Both the position numbers and the translations under genes were made by a program. Under the pieces are notes generated by a model. That model did not search any database. It was not told the origin of the DNA and saw only the letters and a list, made by a program, of their open reading frames with translations. 64,000 bases of DNA from the human T2T-CHM13v2.0 reference genome, Homo sapiens, in NCBI RefSeq assembly GCF_009914755.1, contig NC_060927.1; one strand, given 5' to 3'. Every line of letters begins with the position of its first letter. Position 1 is the stretch's first letter. Positions 44,149 through 60,014 of this stretch are shown in pieces.

Positions 44149-45893
44149 AGGATCTTTGCTGGCAGGGCACCCTTCAATACTTTCACCCTGATGAAGTTCT
44201 ATTCTTTACTTTTATACTCACTGTTATTCTCATTCCCATCCTTATGCCACCCTCTATCTCTCCCCAGCTATCTCCACCACGCTATCAACCTTACTCACTC
44301 TCTCCTAGCCATTTCTAATCCCTCCTTAGCAAACAATTGCTGGCTTTGCATTTCCCTTTCTTCCAGCGCCTACACAGCTGTCCCCGCCTTACATACAGAC
44401 TGGGCGACATCTCCTGTCTCCCTAAACCTGAACTTCCTTTAACAGCCCTCACCTTTACCCTCCTGAAGAACTTCTTTACTTTCTAGACAGGTCCAGCAAG
44501 ACCTCCCCAGACATTTCACATCAGCAAGCTGCCGTCCTCCTCCACACTTACTTAAAAAACCTTTCTCCTTATATTAACTCTACTCCCCCCTTATGTGGAC
44601 CCCTCACAACACAAACTACTATTCCTGTGGCCGCTCCTTTACGTATCTCTCAGCAAAGACCCACTGGAATTCCCCTGGGTAACCTTTCACCTTCTCGATG
44701 TTCCTTCACTCTTCATCTCCAAAGCCCAACTACACACATCACTGAAACAATTGGAGCCTTCCAGCTCCATATTACAGATAAGCCCTCTATCAATACTGAC
44801 AAACTTAAAAACATTAGCAGTAATTATTGCTTAGGAAGACACTTACCCTGTATTTCACTCCATCCTTGGCTACCTTCCCCTTGCTCATCAGACTCTCCTC
44901 CCAGGCCCTCTTCTTGTTTACTTACCCCTAGCCCCGTAAATAACAGTGAAAGGTTACTCGTAGACACTCAACGTTTTCTCCTACACCATGAAAATCAAAC
45001 CTCCCCCTCTAAGCAGTTACCCCATCAGTCCCCATTACAACCTCTGATGGCTGCCGCCCTAGCTGGATCCCTAGGATTCTGGGTACAAGACACCCCTTTC
45101 AGCACTCCTTCTCATCTTTTTACTTTGCATCTCCAGTTTTGCCTTGCACAAGGTCTCTTCTTGCTCTGTGGATCCTCTACCTACGTGTGTCTACCTGCTA
45201 ACTGGACAGGCACATGCTCACTAGTTTTCCTTACTCCCAAAATTCAATTTGCAAATGGGACCAAAGAGCTCCCTGTTCCCCTCATGACACCAACACGACA
45301 AAAAAGAGTTATTCCACTAATTCCCTTGCTGGTCGGTTTAGGACTTTCCACCTCCACTATTGCTCTCGGTACTGGAATAGCAGGCATTTCAACCTCTGTC
45401 ACGACCTTCCGTAGCCTGTCTAATGACTTCTCTGCTAGCATCACAGACATATCACAAACTTTATCAGTCCTCCAGGCCCAAGTTGACTGTTTAGCTGCAG
45501 TTGTCCCCCAGAACCGCTGAGGCCTTGACTTACTGCTGAAAAAGGAGGACTCTGTATATTTTTAAATGAAGAGTATTGTTTTTACCTAAATCAATCTGGC
45601 CTGGTGTATGACAACATAAAAAAACTCAAGGACAGAGCCCAAAAACTTGCCAACCAAGCAAGTAATTACGCTGAACCCCTTTGGGCACTCTCTAATTGGA
45701 TGTCCTGGGTCCTCCCAATTCTTAGTCCTTTAATACCTATTTTTCTCCTTTATTTGGACCTTGTATCTTCCATTTAGTTTCTCAATTCATCCAAAACCGT
45801 ATCCAGGCCATCACCAATCATTCTATGTGACAAATCCTCCTTCTAACAACCCCACAATATCACCCCTTACCACAAAATCCTCCTTCAACTTGA
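44149..45893 (+). pseudogene. env: HERV-H env (defective but essentially complete in length)
   Basis: Signal peptide (MKFYSLLLYSLLF), CWLC motif, furin site RQKR, fusion peptide, immunosuppressive domain QNR*GLDL, degenerate CX6CC, and a TM remnant. Frameshift at ~44429 and stop at 45518-45520. Confidence 0.95.
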
Positions 45894-46044
45894 CCTCTTT
45901 CACTCTAGGTTCCCACACTGCCCCTAATCCTGCTGGAAGCAGCCCTGAGAAACATCGCCCATTATCTCTCCATGCCACCCCCCAAAAAAATTTTTGCTGC
46001 CCCAACACTTCAATACTATTTTATGTTATTTTTCTTATTAATAT

Positions 46045-46057
46045 AAGAAGGCAGGAA
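46045..46057 (+). other. Polypurine tract
   Basis: aagaaggcaggaa immediately before the 3' LTR. Confidence 0.85.
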
Positions 46058-46508
46058 TGTCAGGCCTCTGAGCCCAAGCTAAGCCATCTTATCCCCTGTG
46101 ACCTTCACTTATACGTCCAGATGGCCCGAAGCAAGTGAAGAATCACAAAAGAAGTGAAAATGGCTGGTTCCTGCCTTAACTGATGACATACCACCACAAA
46201 AGAGGTGAAAATGGCCCATTCCTGCCTTAACTGATGACATTACCTTGTGAAATTCCTTCTCCTGGCTCATCCTGGCTCAAAAGCTCCCCCACTGAGCACC
46301 TTGTGTACCCCGCTCCTGCCTGCCAGAGAACAACCCCCTTTGACTGTAATTTTCCATTACCTACCCAAATCCTATAAAACGGCCCCACCCCTATCTCCCT
46401 TCGCTAACTCTCTTTTCGGACTCAGCCCGCCTGCACTCAGGTGATTAAAAAGCTTTATTGCTCACACAAAGCCTGTTTGGTGGTCTCTTCACAGAGACTC
46501 GAGTGAAA
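46058..46508 (+). promoter_or_regulatory. 3' LTR (LTR7 family), 451 bp, with two copies of the 51-bp repeat
   Basis: Colinear with the 5' LTR, with ATTAAA at 46444-46449. Confidence 0.95.
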
Positions 46509-47194
46509 GAAATGATGTAGAAATTCTTGAATCCAATATCTATCTGCTCTTTGCTGGGTAATCTGAAAATAAAAACTCACTGATCTCTAAAACTTTCCTG
46601 GACTTATTATCTTATTTCTCTACTTCTCTTTATCCTTTATTCTTTTCCCCCCCACCTCTTCCCACATCCCCTACCCCCCGTCCCCCACCCACACACACAG
46701 GCATTCATTATTTTACCACTAAGAGCTTCTCACCATTAGACTCCTCATCAAAATCAAATGTATGGGTTTCACAACTCTAATTTACAATTTTCTTCCCCTT
46801 TTATGCCTGAATTCTTACTCATCTTTCAAGCTGCCTCTCAAAAGTTACTTCCCTGTGATATCTGCCCGATTTGCCATTCCAAACCGGCCACTCTCTGTTC
46901 TGTGATTTTTAGCATTTTGGCCCCTCTTTTGTGGCATCTGTGTTTCATTGCATACTTTGATGATTATTGGTTTATATTTGACTGTTTCTCCTATTAAATT
47001 GGGATCGTATCAAGGATCACAGTGATGCCTTAGTCTGCATTGCCTTCTCCTCTGCCAGTGCCTAGCAAATTGCTCAATATATATTTGCTCAACTGGAAAA
47101 AAAAACTTACTTTTGAGAGTCAAATGTATTAAAATGGAATGAATTATACCCACATCACAGGTAAGGATTTTTTAATTAAAAATTTTAAAAAGCC

Positions 47195-47530
47195 AAAAGA
47201 CAAATTTTGCATATTTTTACTCATTCTATAGCTAAAAATTGAAACAATTGAACTCATGGAGAGAAAGAGTAAGTAGAATGATGGTTACCAGAGGCTGGGA
47301 AGGGTATTATGTGGTGGTGGGGGGGGCAAGTGGGGATTGTGAATGGGCACAAAACATAGTTACATAGAATGAATAAGATCTAGTATTTGAGAGCACAACA
47401 AGGTATGTATAGTCAACAATAACTTACTGTACATTTAAAATTAACTAAAAGTATGATTGGAATGTGTATAGCACAAAGAAATAATAAATGCTTGAGGAGA
47501 TGGATACCTTCACCACTAAAATTTTTAAAA
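47195..47530 (+). mobile_element. L1MA 3'UTR fragment
   Basis: gaactcatggaga...gatggttaccagaggctgggaaggg...aaatgcttgaggagatggatacc. Confidence 0.85.
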
Positions 47531-47742
47531 GCCTCTCTTGGCTTCATGTTTTACTCTGGGCCTGTTTGGGCATTGTCAGAACCTCCCTTCACCCTTCCTC
47601 ATACTGGCTCTCCGAGGAAGTGAAATTAGAGCTGAGATCCAAAGGCAGAAATGTGACCGAAACAGGAGATGAGTGGAGGAAACAGGATCCCAGCCAGAGC
47701 ATAACACGCACAGAGATCTGAGGTAGAAAACAGTTGTGTGTA

Positions 47743-48350
<608 letters not shown>

Positions 48351-49227
48351 GCAACAGCTGTGTGTGTTCAGAAACCCAAAGGCCAGAGGGGCTGGGTGGA
48401 GTGGGCAAAGGCCATAGCATGGGCAGATGGGGTTGAAGAAGACCCAGGTGGAATTGGGCAGTGCTGGGAGGTGATCCCAAATGGAGAAGGTGCCGGTAGA
48501 GGGCTGGGCGGGGATGAGAGACCATCTCGATGCTTTAAGAAAGTCACTTGGGTGGCTTCTGCAGAATCCCGGTGAGAGAGGATGGTGGCCGGGAGTTGGG
48601 GAGAGAAGGCAGTACCCAAGTATACTGGGGAGGCAGAATGAGCAGTCAACAAGTTAGGTGTTGAGGGTAACAGGAAAGGGAGAAATCACTTCTAGGTTTT
48701 TTGCTTAGGTAGTAAGAAAGCCTAAGGTCAAATGCCTGCTAAATCATAGCTGCTCATCAAACGTTGGTTTCCTCTCACTAGCACATATTCCACATGTCTA
48801 GAAAAATTGTTTTACTTACATTTATGAATCAGACATGATTAAACTCCAGCCATTTCTTTTGTTATACTTGCTCATTCAGAAACCTGAGTAAAAAAGCTTT
48901 TTGGACTGCCACAATCAACTCAGAAGCTGAAAACGATGATCTGCTCATCCTATATTTAAAACCAATGTATTACATTAATTTATTTTCAGAAAATCAATCT
49001 AATTCTACTAGGTTTTGTATTTTATAATTGATTCTGGGCTCTTAGTACATTTGACTTTTGGTGTACAAAGCTTGGCTTGTAATTATCTTTTGAAGAGAAG
49101 CACCAATGTTTTGATTCTGTTTTTACCTCACTGACCTCTGGCTTTTAATATATGAAAACTGAGGCACTGAGGAGAAAAACAAATCATTTTATTTCATGAT
49201 CTAGGTTCCTTCTGTTATATAAACTAT

Positions 49228-49450
49228 TTGGAGTAGTGTTTAAGGGCATGGACACTCAGAGCCAAATTTCCTGGGTTCACATCCTAAGCTCCTTGACTTG
49301 GACAGCTATTTAACCTCTCTGTCCTTCAGTTTTCTCATCTTTACAATGGACATAATAGTGTGGTACCTAATTCTAAGATGGTTATAAGAATTAAATGAAT
49401 TAATATTTGTAAAGCCCTCAAAGCATTGCCTGACATCTAGTAAGCACATT
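49228..49450 (+). mobile_element. MIR
   Basis: ctgggttcacatcc...ttaacctctctgtccttcagttttctcatctttacaatgg...attaaatgaattaat. Confidence 0.7.
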
Positions 49451-50311
49451 TTATTTATTACAAAAGAAAATAAAATATTTGAACGAATATTTTCAAATCA
49501 TAGCATTTGAAGAAACTGCCTATTGTCAGAAACTCCTAAAGGTTACACAACTGTGCAAAATTTGAGGAAAGATCTTAATTTTTCATTTAAGTTTGTTCCC
49601 TTTCTAAGAGTATCAGGAACACCATTATTGATCTATTTTTATGAGGCTTCTTTGAGAATATATCAATGCATATTTGAAAGTTTTTAGCATAGAGATGTAT
49701 TTCTGAATGCTTGAGGGATGAAGCAGTGCAGCTGTGATCATCTGGAAGAGAGAAACACAGTGGTACAACCTCCTGGACAGAAAATCCCTTGCCTCAGCAG
49801 TTTTTCTGCAAAAATCGGGTTAATCACTCAACCAGAACATTTCAATAATGAAAATGCCCCATTCCCTGCATGCAGGTTAACTAATATCCTATTGAATTAT
49901 ATTTTCTGGAGCAGCCAGATGAAACTGGCAGGCTGAGAATGGCATGCAGCATGCAAGGATTTATTTGTGTATACAAAACAGATTTGTGTTCTTTTCAGAC
50001 TTGCTGTAAGCTTACGAACTGCTAAATCAGAGTTCTGGGAGTAACTCCAAACCCAGACAATTTCTCAGAAATGGCTGGATCTGCTGCTGTACTAACCTCC
50101 AGATGGGAATTCCACATGTCATTCTCCCCAGACTTTGTGTTCAAATCGTGGCCTTGGAGGTGGGGCTGTTTTTAAGGCCCAAACAGTTAAAAAGAAATTA
50201 TTGTAACATGAGGAGAAAAAATCCAAGCGAGGGATGGGTGAGAAGAGCAGAAAGCTAAAAATGTTCCCGCTTAAGCCTTTCATTAGTCTTTTAAGATACA
50301 AATCTTATGGA

Positions 50312-50485
50312 CAAGCACTGCCTAATAGAACTTTTTGTGATGGTGGAAATGTTCTTTCCTTGTACTATACAATATGGTGGCCACTAGCCACATGAGCCAT
50401 TGAACACTTGAACAGTAGCTAGTGCAACTGAGGGACTGAATTTTTAATTTTAACACTGGTAGCTAGTGGCAATTGGAGAGTACAT
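50312..50485. mobile_element. MER3-like hAT-Charlie MITE
   Basis: aatagaactttttgtgatggtggaaatgttct...gccactagccacatg...gctagtgcaactgagg. Confidence 0.8.
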
Positions 50486-52144
50486 TTATAGATGGTTACT
50501 AGAATTTAAAATTTATACTATTTCCTTTTTAGATGTTCTGTCATACTACAAAAGGTGTGACTAATTTGGAGCAACAGACCTCCAACTCTGAGATGGAAAC
50601 ATTACGTATGTCTTATGAAAACAGTGAGATTTTTAAATATTAAAATTCAATTCTTAAAGATAAAATGGGAGAGAGAAAAATATCAATATGTTCACGAGGA
50701 TGCAGCAAATTTTAAATATTATCTCATATGTGCACCAGTATTTGGCTAGCAATGGCCCAGACATATATTTACAGAGATAATCAACTTGAACACTTCCCAG
50801 AGTGGAAAGGATATGTACCAAGTTAATTTCCAAGTTCATCAGAAGGTTACAGATATAAAATTCTGTTTGGGTCTGAGTATTAAGGAATCCATTGACTCAA
50901 TATGACTTATCTGGGAAGAAATATCAGTGTTCCACTGAACTACTAAATAAATAATCACTAAAACAACCATCCTAGTGAGGGATTGTGATTTATGTAGTAC
51001 ATTCCTTCCAAAGAGGTCTTTTAAAAACATTGTTTCATCAATTCTGACAACATTCTCAAGTGGTAGCTGGCAAATGCAATTATCCCCATTTTCCAGAGAC
51101 AGGAGAATAAATTAATGGCTTACCCAGGGTCAATCAATAAGACAGGACTATCACTGGGAATTGGATATATATGCATGGGCAAATGAAATGTGTGCTTTCC
51201 AAGGAAACATGAGGCTAACATAACCATTTTAAGCAAGATTTAGGAGTGTTTAAGAGAAGTTGGAACTAAGAAGTAGGCTCTTGCTGTTTTGCAATTGCTG
51301 ATTTTTTTTTAAGTGGTTAACAATAATGTGTTAATCATCTTCAATGCTTTATTCATTAGAAATTTAACAACCCTCTTTTTGCTGCGAAGCACTTGAAGAT
51401 ATATTATAGAGAGACTGACTCCATGAAGGTTATAGTCCAAGAAAGGGAAGACGCTGTATAATTGCATCTAAGGTGCTGGGATAAGCTGTAATTCAGAGTT
51501 TTCTATGACAGGGACACCATTCTGGGCTTGCTGATCCCCCAGGAAATTTTGATGTTGAAGCAGCATATGAGTTGGATTTTGAAGAATGGGTAAGAGTCTA
51601 TTTGTGGGGCATTGACATGCAGAACCATGCTCTCCTGCCTCCCCCGGGGGCAGTGGACCAGAGTTCCCCAAACCACAGAGAACACCGGTAGCTTCCTGGG
51701 GTTTCAGTTACAGTTGGTAGCAAGGAATTTAAAATATTAAAATAAATGCAGATATATGAAAAAGTGAAACTAAAAATCTGTATCTGTTTTTAATACAAAT
51801 AGGAGACTTCAAAGGAAACATCATGGCTCAGGCAGCTTTGGGTCACACCTAGGGACAGCTCAAGTGTGTGCATTTCTTTTCCTCTGCCTTAAGTTATGCT
51901 TTGGTTTGAGAAGCACCAGAGTGAGAGAAAAAAGAATACTCTCAGAATACCTAATGAAAATATACCACCTAGTAGTTAGATGACCTTGGTCTATTTACTT
52001 AACCTCTCTGAGCCTCAGTTTCCTTATTCGTACTATGGGCATGAAAATGCCTGCTTCCTAGAGTTGCTTCTGAGGATTATATGTAATAATGAATTTAAAG
52101 GGTTCTGCTTGGTACCCAGCCCTATTTTTCAAGAAGTGTTCACT

Positions 52145-52486
<342 letters not shown>

Positions 52487-52729
52487 TCACTAGATCTGAA
52501 TCTAAATGAAATAAAATATTGAAGCAATGGTTTGAGAATATGAGGCACAAGGAACACCTGGGGAACAGAAATAGACAACGTTGGGTTCCTAAGGAATAGA
52601 GGGGAAGGTAAAGTCCAACAGGAGGATACAACCAAGATTGTGGGCCTCTCTCAGATCCACTGGATTTAAACTATGTTTACTCAAACCTGTTGAGCTATTT
52701 TACACAAGCAGAATTAAATAATAAAATGG

Positions 52730-54435
52730 CTACTGGGAATATACTTTGTATTACTCCTAAGAAGGGTAATTTGGTAATAGCTATCAAAATGTTAACTGTT
52801 GATACCATTTGATTCAGCAACACCTCACCGGAGAATTTATCCTGCAGATATGCTTGCACATGTGTGGAATAATATAATTACAAGAGTATTTATTGCAGAT
52901 GAAATAATAGAAAAAACAAATCATTGAGGATGATTGGACCATGGACTAGTTAAATAAATTATGATATAATTCATAAAACGCGCCTGTTAAAAAAGCTGAG
53001 GAAACTGCTCGCCTATGAAATAATGTGGCTGTGCTCAAAAATGTATTGTCAAGTCAAAAGAGCAAGGTGCAGAATGGCATGTCTGGCATGTGTAACAGAA
53101 ATCTCTATGGCCTCACAACACCCATTTCCTTTTTGTCCTGGTCAGACATGTAGACTACATTTCCTTGTAGTCAGGTGGGACCATATGACTGAGTTCAGGC
53201 CAACTGAATATGGACGGAAATAATATTTATCACTTCCTAGTCCCTAAAAATCCCCCAGATTTTCCATGCTTTCTCTCCTTCCTTCCTTTTTCAGCTTATG
53301 TAGAGCATTCGGCAGCGGTTATGAATCCCTAGAGACTAACAGAGAGACTAGATTAAAGGAAGTCAGAGCCATTAATGGCTCCAGGAGAGGAACCCAGTGC
53401 CCCATCATTGACCTAAAAAGCCACACTGGATTGAGACATGCACAAGAAATAAACATTTACTACATTAAGCCGCTGAGATGTGATGGTATTTTATTAAAGC
53501 ATTTGGCATATGTTGTGATTTGTGTTGTATTTTTTTAAAGAAGGACATGAAATATTTACCTGTGTATAGAAAGAGTAACTATTGGTTGCTTTGGGGAAGA
53601 CAGGGGAGAACTTGGTGGCAGGAAGAAGGGCATTTGGCATAAGAATTTTCTGTGTACCGAGTAAGGGACTAGGGGTGACCTTCTCGGTGCTGGTTTCATA
53701 TCTGTAAATACAGAGGTGACCACTGCTTAGAGCAGTACATGCCAGAATTTTCCCCAATATGATACAAACAGAAAATGATAATATTGGGTCAATGAGGCTA
53801 AATTGGAAGGAAATTAGGGTTCTGATGAAGGTGCTCATGGCTGAAGACAAGTCTGGGGCTCTGCTTATCCTCGGTCCAAGGATGAAAAGATCCATATCTC
53901 GTGACACACCTGTGATCCATTAACACACCAGCCGGGGAGTACTGGAAAGGCTTTAACCCCCTGATCCTGATCCCAACTTTAATTCACCCCCTTTTAGGGA
54001 ATAGAGAGTGACTAGTCTGATTGGTGAATTGGAGAAGAGGAATTAAGTGTGTACCTCTCAGCCTCCTCCTCTGTTCACATTGGAATTAGCCTGCTTGATG
54101 AGTGAATCCCCTCTCTCTTCCTCCCGCTCCCAAACTTTGTAAGAGCAGAGCCCAGCATGGAGGCCAATTCTGTCCAGTTGGGTCTCTCTGGGTGTGTAAG
54201 TCTTTCTAATTCTGGTGTAAAGGTGAGCAAGGCAGCCCGCAGACCAAGCCCCATTATTTTGCATAGTTTTTGCTCTCCATCTTTCTGATTCCTGTATCTA
54301 TTTATCCGCTGGCTACAACATGAGGTAGGCAAAAGAGACAATGAATTAACCCTTCAAGATTCTCATATACTCTTTTGTACCTTTTGAACATCAGGCCATG
54401 TGAATGTATTACCTAGTCAAAAATATATACATTTT
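52730..54435 (+). mobile_element. Fragmented L1ME 3' region, interrupted by an MLT1 LTR and an unidentified ~700-bp segment
   Basis: L1ME-like pieces at ~52730-53085, ~53530-53625 and ~54355-54435 (cttttgtaccttttgaa...catgtgaatgtattacct). Confidence 0.5.
53088..53512 (+). mobile_element. MLT1 (I/J-like) solo LTR
   Basis: agactacatttcc...accatatgactgagttcaggccaa...agaaataaacattt...taagccgctgaga. Confidence 0.65.
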
Positions 54436-56165
54436 TAAAGAAGATGTCTGTGCAGATTAGTTTGCAGAGACCTCAAGATTGTCCTGGATGAAGGGAAACC
54501 ATTGCCAGGCTGCAGTTACCAGAATGAGCTCAAGGTAATGATAGTGGGAATGAAGGTGGTTGCGATAGAATGGAAAGAAAGAAACAAGACCAGGAGACAT
54601 CCATTCACTCAACATGTGTTTCCTTAAAATAAGCCAGGCATATGGCAGGGAGGACTAGCAGGGTTTGTGGGTAAAATAGAGGTAAAAATAGAAAACTCCA
54701 TAAGGAACCTATGTTTCTGCACCTGGGTGAGTGACTGAGAGAATATGGCTGAGGAGGAGCTGACTCAGCAGGAGTAAGAGGGGTCAGAAAGGCTGAGGGC
54801 TCATGGAGGCTTCTGCTCACTAAGTTGGAGGTGCCTGTACGTCACTCAGAAATATGTGCCTGGTGGCAAAGTCAGGGCCAAGGAGAAATGATCCAGAATC
54901 ATCAGTATGGAAAAAATGAGTTGATGAGCATAGATGGGGTATCTGGGAAATGAGTGCCACAAAAAAGAGCCAAGGATCAAGGACAGAATGCTGGAAGGGG
55001 ATGCAGTGGCCCTACCAGGGAGAGAGACAACAATCAGAGAGAGGAGGAGAATGAAACCCAGGGCTGCAGAAAGCCAGAGAGAGGTGGAGGATGAGAAGGA
55101 GCTGCCACTCCTTCATGCAGGGCTGCCAGGTTTAGCAATCCAAACACAGGATGCTGAGTGAAATTGAAACTTCGGATAAACATCACTTTTTCAGAATAAT
55201 TTCGTAATATTGCATTTGAGACATAATTTTCCCCAGTCATTGACTATGTATCTGAAATTCAATAAACAGAAAGAGATGTAAGAAGGCAAACCCCAAAAGT
55301 GGACCTGGCTGAGAGAATGGCTGGGGAGGAGCCGACTCTACCTTCCCTACTCTGATGTCAGCTGCTGAAAAAAGGAGTTTAAGGACCAAGGGGAAATCCT
55401 TTGGGTTTCATAATTAGGAAGTGGTTTTTGATCATTTCTGACTGCCTTACACCAAGAAGTGGGTACAGGAGGTTAAGGAAAAAATGAGTGATGGCAAGGT
55501 AGGAACAGTGGGCTCTGGGCCTTTCACAGGGCAGGCTGAGCAGTGGCTTTTTCAGGAATCTGATAAATGGCTCTTGGATGAACAGGAGGAACAAAGGAGA
55601 GGGAGAATAAAAGGACAAAGGCCACAAAAGGGAAGGAAGGAGGCAGGAGAGGACATCAGGAAACAGAGTGGTAAGGGCCAAAATAATGAAGATGTGCTAA
55701 GTTAAAAAAATTAAAGAAGTGATAAGAGCAGCAAAATTAATAAATTAATGCTTTTAAAATGGGGAGAAATTTTACTCAAAGACATTCAAATCTGTGGACT
55801 GGCCAAATTAGGGGATGGTTTTCATAGTAAAAAAATTAAAAAAGCACTCTTCCATTTCTCCAGGTGTTTACCAAAGAGCCCTTGTACATGGCAGGCACTT
55901 GTCAAAGAAATGGGTCAGACTAACAGCTTAGTGCCATTGACAGTTAGGCCATCAAAGGGAGAAGCTGCCTTAGAGGCCACTAGTTGGGGAGAAGCGTGGC
56001 AGTAATGGAAAGTGGGGACTATTGCCCCCTCCTTCCTGTCTTAGCAGTTTTGACTTCACCTGTTTGACACACTGTGAAGCCCCTTTTTTGTTAGATTTTC
56101 TTTGAATGAAGGGCTTTTTGCTATTTTTTTTTAAAAAAAAGGTTTAAAACCCTGACCTAATATCT

Positions 56166-56535
<370 letters not shown>

Positions 56536-56789
56536 TCAAATTTGTTCAGAGGCAGCACCAAGCTTGGAAATCTAAACCAGAGATGTTTTTCTCTTATTTT
56601 ATGTATGTGCTTGACTTCACCTCAAACAAGTTTTAAATGATATGCTAGAGTTGAAGTTTCTCCTCTTCTCACCCAGCCCCAGAAATAATCAATGCCCTGA
56701 AGTCAGTGCCCTTTCCTTCCATTACTGTATTTATGTATTTCATATATGTGTAGTCATAAACCATAATTAGTATTGCTTGTATATTTTTA

Positions 56790-56958
56790 CTTTATTATAT
56801 TTGAGACAGGGTCTTGCTTTGTTGCCCAGGCTGGAGTACAGTGGTGTGATCATAGCTCACTGTAACCTTGAACTCGTGGGCTCAAGTGATCTTTCCATCT
56901 AAGCCTCCCAAGTAGCTAGGACCCCAGGTGCATACCACCACAACCACCTAATTTTAAA
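56790..56958 (-). mobile_element. Alu right-arm monomer (AluJ/FRAM-like)
   Basis: gagacagggtcttgc...catagctcactgtaaccttgaactc. Confidence 0.8.
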
Positions 56959-57718
56959 ATACTTTTGTATATTTGTGTGTTTTAAAATTGTATCCTAAAT
57001 ACCCTTTTACGTTTATTGAATATAAAAGGCATCCTCTTGCCTTTCACATTCAACATAGTTTTTGAGATTTATGTATATTAATATACAAGTGATCTCATCC
57101 ATTCACTTAAACTGCTGTGTAATGTTCTATGGGATGAACATATCATGATTTGATTTTTTTCCCTTCTCTTGTTACCATTACTAAAAATGCTGCAATGTAT
57201 ATTCTTGTACTTAAGTCTGTGTATACATGTGAGAGTTTCTCCAGAAGTGAAAAATACCTAGAAGTGGGCCTGCTGGGGTATGGGGTATATAAACCTTCAA
57301 CTTTAGTAGGTATCACCAAATTAGAGGGGCTACCCAATTTACACTCCCATAGTAAAGTGTAAGAGTATTTCCCCAGATTTTAGCCAATACTTAGTATTGA
57401 CAAATTTCTAATTTTTGGCAATCTGGTAAGCATGAAATGATATCACATGATCATTATCTTAAAGTTTTTCATTACTAATTAAAAGAACATACACTCCTCA
57501 TTTATTGGCCTTTGTGGTATCTCTTTAGTGAATTTTCTGATCTCTTTTACTCAGTATTAGTTTTTCTTATTGATTAGTTCTTAATGTAATCTGGTTACTA
57601 TTCTGCTTTGGTTATTTAGATTTCAAATACTTTCTTCTATTCTCATGATCTCCTTAAGCTTTTAGACTTTGACTTTTAACTTTGTTGATGGTGTCTTTTT
57701 CATGCAAAAGTTTATTTT

Positions 57719-58027
<309 letters not shown>

Positions 58028-58883
58028 AAAAGTTTATTTTATTGTAGTAAAATTTATTCCATTTTTATATTATTATTTGTGCTTTTGGTGATATCTTTAA
58101 AAAATATTTTCCTATCCTGATGTCATAAATATATTTTCTCCTAAAGTTATATAGTTTGATTCTTACTTAAGTCTCTAATCCATCTCGGATTTATTTGTGA
58201 TAAGATGTGAGATAGGGATCTAATTCTTTTTCTTCCATATTGATAGCCAATTGTCCTAGGAAAATTCATAGGTATTTGGTAATTAATCCTTTTCCCATTT
58301 ATTTCAGTTGGCTCTTCTGCCATTTTCCAGTGCTTTTTCAAAGACCCAGAAGACATTTACTCTAACAAATATTTTATATCTGTTATCTGATAGCTGTTTA
58401 ATGTTTAATAGCCTATTTAATGTTTCAAAATACAGGAAAAGCTTTATACAGATAGGTATTCACTGAAGCATTATTTATATTAGTGAAAATTTAGAAACAA
58501 CTAAAAAATCAAGCACATTTCTATCCATTACAGTTAATTTTTAAAAGTCTGACAGAAGGCTTAGGTTATGATAATAAGTAAGTAAAGCAAGTTACAAAGC
58601 TTTAGAGACCATCTGATTTAAGCTACACAGAAAAAAAAATATGTAAATGACTGGAAATTTACCAAAATTTATAGTGGTTGCATAATATTGTGGGATTATT
58701 TTAATTATTTCAGATAAAATACTTTCTTGTCACTCTAAATGAATATCTTGTAAAGTTACCATTTATGAAGTTATTCTACAAGTGTAATGGAATCAGTAAT
58801 GAAAATCACATATATTTTTTAAATTATCTTTTAAAGATCAAGGGATAATAAAAGCTGAAAAATGGAAGATAAGAAAAAGTTAA

Positions 58884-59214
<331 letters not shown>

Positions 59215-59317
59215 TAAGTGTGGTAAAATATCTGAAAAGGACTAATACAGAATCAGGCAGGTGAGCAATAAGCCCTCATTGAATGTCCAAACCTATTGAG
59301 TTTTTTCACTCTTTTCA

Positions 59318-59690
<373 letters not shown>

Positions 59691-60014
59691 GGAGGATCAC
59701 TGAAATATATACATTTTCATTAAAATTCAGAGAAGCAAAACTAAATTACAGAGAAACAGTGAAGGGAGAACAATGTAGAGAAAAATAACAAGTTATCATT
59801 GAGAATTTGTGAGACTAGAATACCATAAAGCTATAATTACTTTTCAAGTCTTTAAAATGCTAGAAGTTAGAAATGTCCCATTGTGAACATTATACATACA
59901 AAATTGACAGATATAAACACTGTTATTTCACTGGAGGTAGGTAGTGCCTATGACTCCAGGCAAAATTAAGTGGTGAATTAAGACCAAAACATCTACATAA
60001 TTCTAAACATTTAA

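Larger units (their letters stand above)
38026..46508 (+). mobile_element. HERV-H provirus, near full length (LTR-gag-pro-pol-env-LTR), antisense to SLC9A9
   Basis: Paired LTRs, 5-bp TSD gaaat (38021-38025 and 46509-46513), His PBS, polypurine tract, and gammaretroviral-like gag/pro/pol/env motifs. Confidence 0.98.
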
